Assembly: GCA_965224465.1 (NCBI GenBank)
Contig: OZ245049.1
Coordinates: 2,370,001-2,402,000 of the forward strand
Direction of reading: 5' to 3'
Length of the DNA stretch: 32,000 nt
Source: Flavobacteriaceae bacterium
GTDB lineage: Bacteria > Bacteroidota > Bacteroidia > Flavobacteriales > Flavobacteriaceae
Shown: positions 18,606 to 26,445 of the stretch, one piece after another
Position numbering within the stretch: the first letter of the stretch is position 1
Layout of the letters: the number at the start of each line of letters is the position of its first letter
Made by a program: the position numbers and the translations under genes
The notes under the pieces: generated by a model
Database searches by the model: none
Seen by the model: only the letters and a program-made list of their open reading frames with translations
Told to the model about the DNA's origin: nothing

Positions 18606-19640
18606 TTATTTTACGTAGAAACGTTTTTTCAAATACAAGGAAATATTTACTAATAAAATAAGCACTGGAACTTCCACTAAGGGACCTATAACTCCTGTAA
18701 ATGCTTGAGGAGAATTCAATCCAAATATTGCAATAGCAACAGCTATTGCTAATTCAAAATTATTTCCCGTAGCAGTAAATGCCACCGATGCATTCCGTTT
18801 ATAATCAATCCCCATAGCTTTCCCTAGAAAGAAACTCACAAAAAACATCACCATAAAATAAATAACAAGAGGTACAGCTATGCGGAATACATCCCTCGGG
18901 ATTTCCAATATCATATCACCTTTTAAACTAAACATCAATACAATAGTTGCCAATAATGCAATCAATGTAATCGGGGAAATAAAAGGAATAAAGGTATGAT
19001 TGTACCAGTCTATTCCTTTGAGTCTCACCAAGTACTTTCGACTTAAAAAACCTGCTAAAAACGGCAATCCAAGATAAATAAGAACACTCTTCGCTACTTC
19101 CCATACAGAGATAGTCACATCAAACCCTTCTACTCCAAAATAAGGAGGCAATACCGTAATAAACAACCATGCATAAAAGCTATAAGTAAACATCTGAAAA
19201 ACACTATTCAAAGCTATTAGTGTCGCACTATATTCACGAGAGCCTCCTGCCATATCGTTCCAAACAATCACCATAGCAATACAACGTGCCAGTCCTATCA
19301 GAATAACTCCAGACATATATCCTGGGTAATCTCTTAGAAAAACAACAGCCAATACAAACATCAAAATAGGCCCCACTATCCAGTTTAAAAACAAAGACAT
19401 GGTCATTAATTTGGTATCTTTAAGTACCGTAGGAATTAAGCTGTAATCAACTTTTGCTAATGGCGGATACATCATTAATAACAGTCCTATTGCTAAAGGG
19501 ATATTGGTAGTCCCAACAGTCAAAGATTCCGTTAGATTTTTAATGCTTGGAAAAACATAACCGAATCCTACCCCAATAGCCATCGCTAAAAAAATCCATA
19601 AGGTTAAATAACGATCTAAAAATTTTAATCTTGTTTTCAT
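18606..19640 (-). CDS. acr3: ACR3 family arsenite efflux transporter
   Basis: N-terminus [17 protein letters not shown] and the conserved Cys context GLARCIAMV are typical of ACR3/ArsB(Acr3). Confidence 0.9.
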   Translation of the reverse strand: MKTRLKFLDRYLTLWIFLAMAIGVGFGYVFPSIKNLTESLTVGTTNIPLAIGLLLMMYPPLAKVDYSLIPTVLKDTKLMTMSLFLNWIVGPILMFVLAVVFLRDYPGYMSGVILIGLARCIAMVIVWNDMAGGSREYSATLIALNSVFQMFTYSFYAWLFITVLPPYFGVEGFDVTISVWEVAKSVLIYLGLPFLAGFLSRKYLVRLKGIDWYNHTFIPFISPITLIALLATIVLMFSLKGDMILEIPRDVFRIAVPLVIYFMVMFFVSFFLGKAMGIDYKRNASVAFTATGNNFELAIAVAIAIFGLNSPQAFTGVIGPLVEVPVLILLVNISLYLKKRFYVK

Positions 19641-19676
19641 AAGTAAGTATTGAAAATTGAATAGTGAATAGTGAAA

Positions 19677-20156
19677 TTAACAACAGTCACTTCCACTGCA
19701 TGACTCCTTGTTTGTATCACTCGTAGGGGCACAGCAAACATCTAATGCTTTACACCTAGAATCCACCAAAGCCAAATTTACAAGTAACCTTTGATAATTT
19801 ACATCCAAAGAAGCTACCGACATAACCGATGTATGAAATTGCGCATTGCCATATTCAAATTTTATTTCAGTCTCCATTAATAATGGCTTGACTTGGTTTA
19901 CTCGCTTAAATATAGCCAATGCTTTCTCCGATTTCAAATAAGTCCTTTTCTCTAATTCTGTAGGACTTTCCCATAATTGAACAATGGTTTCTTGCCAATA
20001 ATTAGGAGTACCTCCACAATCTACTGTGTCAAAAGTAACATTCTTAATTTCGGTGATGTGATAATTAGCCCCAACCAATTCTCCCTCTTGGTATTGAAAC
20101 ACCAATTCTTTATTAATATGAGCAGCTAATTGTTGTATAAATTCGTTTGTTTTCAT
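19677..20156 (-). CDS. DUF6428-like ars-associated protein with a Cys-rich C-terminal tail
   Basis: I prefer the start at MKTNEFIQQLAAH (20156). The longer ORF (to 20240) would overlap the upstream gene. The protein ends ...CKALDVCCAPTSDTNKESCSGSDCC. The family assignment is from memory of Bacteroidetes ars clusters. Confidence 0.6.
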   Translation of the reverse strand: MKTNEFIQQLAAHINKELVFQYQEGELVGANYHITEIKNVTFDTVDCGGTPNYWQETIVQLWESPTELEKRTYLKSEKALAIFKRVNQVKPLLMETEIKFEYGNAQFHTSVMSVASLDVNYQRLLVNLALVDSRCKALDVCCAPTSDTNKESCSGSDCC

Positions 20157-20209
20157 AAGTGCGTATTTAGTAGTGATTAGTAATAACGGGCAGTAAAATT
20201 CCTTAAGAA

Positions 20210-20503
20210 TTAACAACAAGAAGTAGCTCCTCCACAACAAGGAGTATCCATAGCCTCATTGGCTAAAATAGCTACTAATAGATTTTTACATTCCTCTTTT
20301 GAAGGAACTTTTCCTGACAAAACTACTTTATCATCAACCACAATAGCAGGAGTACTCATTACATCATACTTCATTATTTGCTGTATATCTTCTACTTTTA
20401 TAACAGAGACTTCTATACTTAATTCAGTAACCAACTCTTTAACTATCGCTTCTGTAGCTTTACAATTTGCACAGCCAGTTCCTAATATTTTTATTGTTTT
20501 CAT
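20210..20503 (-). CDS. Thioredoxin-fold protein (redox-active disulfide protein 2 type) with a Cys-rich tail
   Basis: Start at MKTIKILGTGCANC, which carries the CxxC. The 28-codon upstream extension looks non-coding. The C-terminus reads ...DTPCCGGATSCC. Confidence 0.75.
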   Translation of the reverse strand: MKTIKILGTGCANCKATEAIVKELVTELSIEVSVIKVEDIQQIMKYDVMSTPAIVVDDKVVLSGKVPSKEECKNLLVAILANEAMDTPCCGGATSCC

Positions 20504-20629
20504 AGTATCCTTTTTAATAATTACACATAATTCGTAAACATTCGTCAAAATAAACCTTGTGTCAAACCTCCTGGCTTTCCCCAACAAAGATTGTCCTGTT
20601 TGTTACCCTCCTGTTTCTAACTGGCATTA

Positions 20630-20703
20630 CATCAATTAATACACAAAATAATCGATATAAATAATTCTTTTTCTAAACCGTCACTTGGAAATTTAATTGG
20701 AAT
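20630..20703 (+). repeat. Interspersed repeat, mini copy D (internally deleted; both termini retained)
   Basis: CATCAATTAATACACAAAATAATCGATATAAATA matches about 30/38 of the 5' end of the consensus. It is joined directly to AATTCTTTTTCTAAACCGTCACTTGGAAATTTAATTGGAAT, the 3' module. The copy overlaps the arsR stop codon. Confidence 0.75.
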
Positions 20704-21044
20704 TACTCTTCACAACTTCCCATACAGCAATTTTTATCAAAAAAATGACTGAATAGCTCCCTTGCTTTACTCCAATTTTCGGTATGGATGCAATATCTAA
20801 TTTTAGGCGCTTCTACTTGCCCCTGTATTAAGCCTGCCGATTTTAATTCTTTTAAATGTTGAGATATCGTAGACTGAGCCAATTGCAATACAGTTACCAA
20901 TTCACCCGTATAACAGCAACTTTGACTGGACAAATAATTTAAAATCTTAAGCCTAGCAGGATGCCCTAATGCTTTTGCATACTTTGCCAGTAGTTCTGTT
21001 TCTACTAAATAATTCACCTTTTGATTAGTTCGCTGTATACTCAT
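20703..21044 (-). CDS. arsR: ArsR/SmtB family metalloregulator
   Basis: Winged-HTH protein with a CC pair in the metal-site helix (SQSCCYTGELV) and a Cys-rich tail (NCCMGSCEE). The ATG at 21044 (MSIQRTN) is preferred. The ORF-track start at 21056 is a TTG codon. Confidence 0.85.
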   Translation of the reverse strand: MSIQRTNQKVNYLVETELLAKYAKALGHPARLKILNYLSSQSCCYTGELVTVLQLAQSTISQHLKELKSAGLIQGQVEAPKIRYCIHTENWSKARELFSHFFDKNCCMGSCEE

Positions 21045-21248
21045 AGTTAATCGCAAATATACGATTGATATTTATAAAGATACGTGTTTTTTCTATTAAA
21101 TTTTAAAATGATATTTAAAAGCAGGTGAATTAAGAAATGAACGCCGCATCTCTTTTTTAAATTTTCCTCCTGTAAAACCTTTCCTATTCTAGTGAAAAAA
21201 AAGCCAAAAACTCCGGGAGATTACACCCTAACTAAACGTCAAATTTCA

Positions 21249-22163
21249 CTAAAAGATAGAAGTCTCTAAGTCCGTAGTAAATGCTTCTAAAAACAGAATA
21301 CCTTTATAAGAATTCCCTTTCAAATTGAGTTTTGGACTCCATACAGCAATACTATATTGATGAGGATGAACAGCAATAATACCCCCACCAACACCACTTT
21401 TCCCAGGCAAACCTACCTTGAAAGAAAACTCACCAGCTTCGTCATAGAAACCACATAATTGCATTATAGCATTGATTCGTTTGGACATACTGGGACAAAT
21501 AACCGTCTCTTTAGTTGTGGGATTTACACCATTATTAGCTAAATATAAAAAAGTAGTTGAAAGCTCTTTACACGTCATTTCAATAGAACAGAGATTGTAA
21601 TATAAATCCAATACTTCCGATACATCGTTGTGTATATTTCCATACGATTTCATTAAATTTACTAAGGCGGCATTACAGAAGCCTGTTTCTTTTTCAGAAG
21701 CCTGAATGCGTGGACAAAAATCAATTTTGTGATTGTTTGATACCGAACGAATAAAATTTAATAATTCCTGTTTCGGATTTTTATAATGACTTATCAATAC
21801 ATCAATAATTACCAAAGCACCACCATTGACTAGGGGATTACGTGGAATTCCTTTATTGTGTTCTAATTGCACTAAGGAATTAAATGAAGTTCCCGAAGGC
21901 TCCACACCAACACGTTTCCATAAATTCTCACCTTCCAATTTATAAGCCATAGTAAGAGACAACACTTTTGCAATACTCTGTATAGAAAACGTAACATTGG
22001 AATCACCAAAACTAGAATTCTGATTATCAATCGTCGTCAAATGAACCCCGAATTTAGAGGGGTCTACATTGTTTAATTCTGGAATATAACTTGCAACACG
22101 CCCTAAATCTGGAGAGCTTTGTAAATCAAAGAAGATTTCTGAAAATAAATTTGAATAATTCAT
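21249..22163 (-). CDS. glsA: Glutaminase A
   Basis: 304-aa serine-dependent beta-lactamase-like fold with S-x-x-K (SIQSIAKV). Glutaminase signatures ...PRNPLVNGGAL... and GLPGKSGVGGGI are present. Confidence 0.9.
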   Translation of the reverse strand: MNYSNLFSEIFFDLQSSPDLGRVASYIPELNNVDPSKFGVHLTTIDNQNSSFGDSNVTFSIQSIAKVLSLTMAYKLEGENLWKRVGVEPSGTSFNSLVQLEHNKGIPRNPLVNGGALVIIDVLISHYKNPKQELLNFIRSVSNNHKIDFCPRIQASEKETGFCNAALVNLMKSYGNIHNDVSEVLDLYYNLCSIEMTCKELSTTFLYLANNGVNPTTKETVICPSMSKRINAIMQLCGFYDEAGEFSFKVGLPGKSGVGGGIIAVHPHQYSIAVWSPKLNLKGNSYKGILFLEAFTTDLETSIF

Positions 22164-22214
22164 AGGAGCTAAATTTCTCCTATAAAATTAGGCAATTTAT
22201 AGCTGAAAAAGATG

Positions 22215-22266
22215 ATTAAAATCAGGATGAATACCATTTATAACTGTCACTTGGAAATGTATTTAA
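22215..22266 (+). repeat. Interspersed repeat, mini/partial copy E
   Basis: CCATTTATAACTGTCACTTGGAAATGTATTT matches the 3' module. The preceding ATTAAAATCAGGATGAATA weakly resembles the 5' end of copy G. It lies 52 nt upstream of the divergent glsA start. Confidence 0.6.
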
Positions 22267-22823
22267 CATTAGATAGAAATGATAATACGATAGATGCATT
22301 GCCAACTTTAAAACAAAACGGATTAAAAACTGACACTCATTAAAAGCCCTTCTTAAATAAAGACAAACCAAGGATACAATAATACTTCCGAAAGAATATT
22401 TTCTATTGTACAATTAAACCCGCCATCTATAATTAAAAATCATTTTAAAAAAAAATTAATACTTACATCAATTCTCTCACAATAAACCTTGAGGAATGTA
22501 GTTTAAACAAAGGAAACAAGAACAAAAAGACATCCCTAAATCATCTTTCAAAAACAACCGTATGATTTATAAAAAACCTAATAAAGACAAGAGACCTAAC
22601 CAGAATCATAAACAACAAGTACCATTTTAATTGATTAAATAACATTAGATCCCACCGAAACAAAACAATAAAACCCAAAGATTAACAGTACGTATCAATC
22701 ATTCAACCACATACAATTCAACAACAAAATAGCACCAGATTTATTTGGTATTCAAAAATCAAAATAACGTATCCCCAATACTTGAACGATACGATTTAAA
22801 TTAACAACCATTAACTATAAAAC

Positions 22824-23687
22824 ATGAAGTACAAACTATTATTTGCTATTGCCTTATTATTGACAATAGTATCCTGTGAAAAATCTAATATAGAAGAAGA
22901 TCTACCAACAAAAACTGATAAAACTGACCCTAAAGATGACGGCGCAAAAACAGATGTTTTGATTTTGAATACCATCATCAAGTCTATTGACAAAGCTCCT
23001 GAAAAATTTACTAAAAAATTCCTAATTGAAGACTATACTGCTACATGGTGCTATCTCTGTCCAAAAATGACGGAAGCTATAGAAAAAGCTATGAAGACGT
23101 ATCCAGACATCGCTTATAACATCAATATCCACTCGTCTAACGGTGGGGACCCCTATGGAAATGCCATCACAAAAGCATTACAAGTTAAGAATGATGTCAC
23201 AGGATTTCCAAGAAGCTATTTAGACCGTAAAGATAGATATGGAGTTAACAGTAGAAATTATATTGAAATTGACATAAAAAAAGAGCTAAACAAAAACTAT
23301 TACTTAGGTCTAGGAATACAAACAAGCCTCAAAGAAAAAACATTAAAAGGCTATTTTGAATATGCAATAAACAAGGACATAACAGAGGAATTAACCTATA
23401 CCATATACATTACCGAAAGCGGGCTAGAACATCAGCAAGAAGGGTCTGCTACAGGCATAGCATCTCAAGATAATCTATTGAGAGAACGACTAACAAATGT
23501 ACACGGAGATGCTATTCCAACTGACAAACAGGCTAAAAATACCGTATATAAAATGGCTTTTGAACATGTATTTGAATCTGAAATAGTCTTAGAAAACAGC
23601 AATATCGTAGTATTCATTTCAAATAAAGAAGGAACAGTAATTAACATCCAACAAGTAAAAATTGGAGACAACAAAGCATTTGACTAA
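22824..23687 (+). CDS. Lipoprotein with an N-terminal thioredoxin-like CxxC region (Omp28-related type)
   Basis: Lipobox TIVSC and the motif YTATWCYLCP. The family name is from memory, so function confidence is low. Confidence 0.6.
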   Translation: MKYKLLFAIALLLTIVSCEKSNIEEDLPTKTDKTDPKDDGAKTDVLILNTIIKSIDKAPEKFTKKFLIEDYTATWCYLCPKMTEAIEKAMKTYPDIAYNINIHSSNGGDPYGNAITKALQVKNDVTGFPRSYLDRKDRYGVNSRNYIEIDIKKELNKNYYLGLGIQTSLKEKTLKGYFEYAINKDITEELTYTIYITESGLEHQQEGSATGIASQDNLLRERLTNVHGDAIPTDKQAKNTVYKMAFEHVFESEIVLENSNIVVFISNKEGTVINIQQVKIGDNKAFD

Positions 23688-23764
23688 ATAGTTATTTAGA
23701 AAATTATTTGAAATAATCTTACGATCTCTAAAAAAGAATCTGTGAAATTCTTATCAACACCTTT

Positions 23765-23804
23765 GAACAACCAAGTATCGTTTTCCATGCTTGGTTGTTC
23801 TTTT
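23765..23804 (+). terminator. Rho-independent terminator
   Basis: GAACAACCAAG (23765-23775) pairs perfectly with CTTGGTTGTTC (23790-23800). TTTT follows. Confidence 0.7.
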
Positions 23805-23903
23805 ATAAATCATACGTACTTATAAAAATAGCATACGCAACACGTAAACAAACTCCAAAAAAAGAACAGGAGCCTACCAGCAACCAAAACAAATAAAACA
23901 CCG

Positions 23904-24389
23904 ATGAAAAAAATATTAACCCTAGCTACCTGCTGCTTTATAGCAACAAGTATCTACGCACAAAAAATGCCTGATATCCCACTAAAAACACTGAGTGGAT
24001 CAACTGTATTAGCCTCAGAGTTAAGTACTGGTAAAGGCCCCATACTCGTAACATTCTGGGCTACTTGGTGCAGTCCTTGCATACAAGAGCTCGATGCATT
24101 AAACGACGAGTATATTGACTGGGAAGAGGAAACAGGTGTTAAAATAGTAGCCATCGCTACAGACGATGCTCGGAGTCAATCTAGAGTTAAAATACTCAGT
24201 AATGGCAAGGGTTGGGAATTTGACATTTACAAAGACGACAACCAAGAACTTAAAAGAGCTTTGGGAATAACAACAATTCCGTTTACCTGTATTTTGGATG
24301 CAAAAGGAACTATTATTTGGAAACATACAGGATACACTCCTGGCAGCGAAACAGATATTATCGAATTTTTAAGAACCTTAAAAAAATAA
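23904..24389 (+). CDS. TlpA/ResA-like periplasmic thiol:disulfide oxidoreductase
   Basis: Signal peptide, FWATWCSPC active site and AhpC/TSA-like length (161 aa). Confidence 0.85.
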   Translation: MKKILTLATCCFIATSIYAQKMPDIPLKTLSGSTVLASELSTGKGPILVTFWATWCSPCIQELDALNDEYIDWEEETGVKIVAIATDDARSQSRVKILSNGKGWEFDIYKDDNQELKRALGITTIPFTCILDAKGTIIWKHTGYTPGSETDIIEFLRTLKK

Positions 24390-24392
24390 ATA

Positions 24393-25988
24393 GTGATGAA
24401 AAATTCAATCTTATTTCTGATCTTCATAGTGTGCTCATTTTCGACTACATTGGAAGCACAAATATTTAACCACCATAATTTAACGGGTAGTTTAGAAACG
24501 AATAACAAATATTATTTTGACGACAATTTAACAGGCGCAGAACGTCCTTCAGGTAACTTTGGCTCTAATAGCTATTTACAACTAAATTACACGAGCGGAA
24601 AAATAAGTACTGGACTGCAATACGAAGCCTATTTACCCCCTTTATTGGGTTATAATTCTAAATATGACCACAGTGACATCACACACAAATACCTAACATA
24701 TAGAGATAAAAAACTAACATTCACTGTCGGAAATTTTTACGAACAATTTGGTAGTGGATTACTATTTAGAGCATGGGAAGATCGTCAATTAGGGCTCAAT
24801 AACTCGATTGAGGGCATCAATATACATTTTAAACCAACAGATTATATCTATTTAAAAGCTGTTTACGGAAAACAACGAACTTACTTTACAACGGCAGATT
24901 CGAAGATAAGGGGTATCGATGCAGAAATATATATAAATCAGCATCATAAAACAAACATAAACATTGGCTTAGGAATTATACAACGTTATGAAGCCTATAC
25001 GGGGGCCCTCAAAGATTTTCCGGAAACCACCACCGCCTACTCTGGACGTATGAACCTACGTAGTGGAATTGTAGATCTTAGTTGTGAATATGTTTACAAA
25101 GGAAAAGACGGTATCCTATTCGGAAAAGCAATAAGTTCCGAAGGAAGTGCACTCTTGATAAACAATAGCTATAGTTTTTACGGTTTTGGCGCAAATATAT
25201 CCTTACGAAGACTCGAAAACATGAACTTTAGAGGAATGCAAAAAGCAAGTAACAATGAGCTTTTATTAAATTACCTACCTAGCAATACCAAGCAACAAAC
25301 GTACAGCTTAGCATCTCTTCACCCCTATGCAACAGTATCCATGGGAGAAATAGGCGGGCAACTAGATTTGTACTACACCTTAAAACGAAACAGCTCCTTA
25401 GGAGGTAAATACGGAACTCAAATTGCATTTAACTTTTCTAAATATTTTAAATTAGAAGGAAAAACAAGCCAAGAATCTTATTATACAGAAAGTAGTTTTA
25501 TACCACAAAACCCAACTGCTTTATACTACAATTACAACTTAGAACTAAAAAAGAAATGGAGTAAACGGTTTAAATCTAGCCTGAGTTACATCAAACAAAT
25601 GTATAATAAAACCGAATTAGAAGGAACGCAGTACGAGATTATTAAAAGTGATATTATTGCGGCAAATCTACTGTTTACATTCAACAATAGAAACAGTTTA
25701 AAAATAGAGTTGCAGCATCTATCAAGTCAAGATGACGACAAAAACTGGGCATCGACACTTTTAGAATTTAGCACTGCCAAAAGGTGGTCTCTATATGCTA
25801 GTGACATGTATAATTACGGAAAAACAAACATCCATTATACAAATTTCGGAATTGCTTACAACAAGGGAACAAGCCGAATGGAATTTAGTTATGGAAGACA
25901 ACGAAAAGGTTTAATCTGCGTAGGTGGTGTCTGTAGACTGGTACCTGCCGCTACTGCCCTATCCTTTAATCTTAGTAAAACCTTTTAA
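24393..25988 (+). CDS. Predicted outer-membrane beta-barrel protein (DUF6029-like)
   Basis: Signal peptide, an alternating beta-strand pattern rich in Y/G/N, and a C-terminal aromatic residue (...LSKTF). It starts 4 nt after the TlpA stop, which suggests co-translation as one unit. Confidence 0.6.
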   Translation: MMKNSILFLIFIVCSFSTTLEAQIFNHHNLTGSLETNNKYYFDDNLTGAERPSGNFGSNSYLQLNYTSGKISTGLQYEAYLPPLLGYNSKYDHSDITHKYLTYRDKKLTFTVGNFYEQFGSGLLFRAWEDRQLGLNNSIEGINIHFKPTDYIYLKAVYGKQRTYFTTADSKIRGIDAEIYINQHHKTNINIGLGIIQRYEAYTGALKDFPETTTAYSGRMNLRSGIVDLSCEYVYKGKDGILFGKAISSEGSALLINNSYSFYGFGANISLRRLENMNFRGMQKASNNELLLNYLPSNTKQQTYSLASLHPYATVSMGEIGGQLDLYYTLKRNSSLGGKYGTQIAFNFSKYFKLEGKTSQESYYTESSFIPQNPTALYYNYNLELKKKWSKRFKSSLSYIKQMYNKTELEGTQYEIIKSDIIAANLLFTFNNRNSLKIELQHLSSQDDDKNWASTLLEFSTAKRWSLYASDMYNYGKTNIHYTNFGIAYNKGTSRMEFSYGRQRKGLICVGGVCRLVPAATALSFNLSKTF

Positions 25989-25993
25989 GTTTG

Positions 25994-26151
25994 ACACCAA
26001 ATACATTTCCAAATGACGGTTTAGAAATGAAATTACTATTTGTTTTTAAGCAAGTGAAAATGGATGGATAGCATAGCTATCGTTCTGTTTTTCAACTACG
26101 CTAGAACGTAAAATAAAATATTATATCGGTTATTTTGGTTTGTAATTGGTC
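25994..26151 (-). repeat. Interspersed repeat, copy F (full length, inverted orientation)
   Basis: The reverse complement reads GACCAATTACAAACCAAAATAACCGATATAAT...CCGTCATTTGGAAATGTATTTGGTGT. The copy begins 6 nt after the stop of the beta-barrel gene. Confidence 0.9.
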
Positions 26152-26248
26152 TAAGTTCAGAATAGCATACATTTTTAGAATCTTTATCCTTTTAATCTAC
26201 GTCTATTCAAAAGTATAAAAAAAAGGTTCTAAAAGTGTATTATATTTT

Positions 26249-26397
26249 ACACCTAATGCATTTACAGATAACGGTTTAGAAATGGAATTAATATTTATTT
26301 TATCTAGGCAAATACTCTAAGGATAGCCTTATCGTTCTATTTTTTAACGACGTTAGAACGTAAGATAAACTATTTATATCGTTCATTTTAATTACAG
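26249..26397 (-). repeat. Interspersed repeat, copy G (full length but degenerate termini, inverted orientation)
   Basis: The reverse complement aligns from AAAATGAACGATATAAATAG through CCATTTCTAAACCGTTATCTGTAAATGCATTAGGTGT. It lies in tandem with copy F, 49 nt downstream of lspA. Confidence 0.85.
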
Positions 26398-26445
26398 TAC
26401 CCACAAAAAGTAAATAGCTTTAACAACGCTGTTTCACATCAGAAA

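Noticed and set aside
14420-26397. The repeats might be a CRISPR array.
   Set aside because: The units are about 165 bp, diverged by 10-25%, and separated by 0.1-5 kb of genes. They occur in both orientations, with no regular repeat-spacer periodicity and no cas genes.
14420-26397. The repeats might be integron attC sites, or a cassette array with an integrase.
   Set aside because: No intI-like gene is in the window. The repeat ends do not show the RYYYAAC / GTTRRRY core sites. The cassettes have mixed orientation and include a five-gene operon.
13687-26445. An autonomous IS element, transposon, prophage or ICE might explain the accessory segment.
   Set aside because: No transposase, integrase, relaxase or phage-like ORF is present on either strand, and no tRNA gene sits at the borders.
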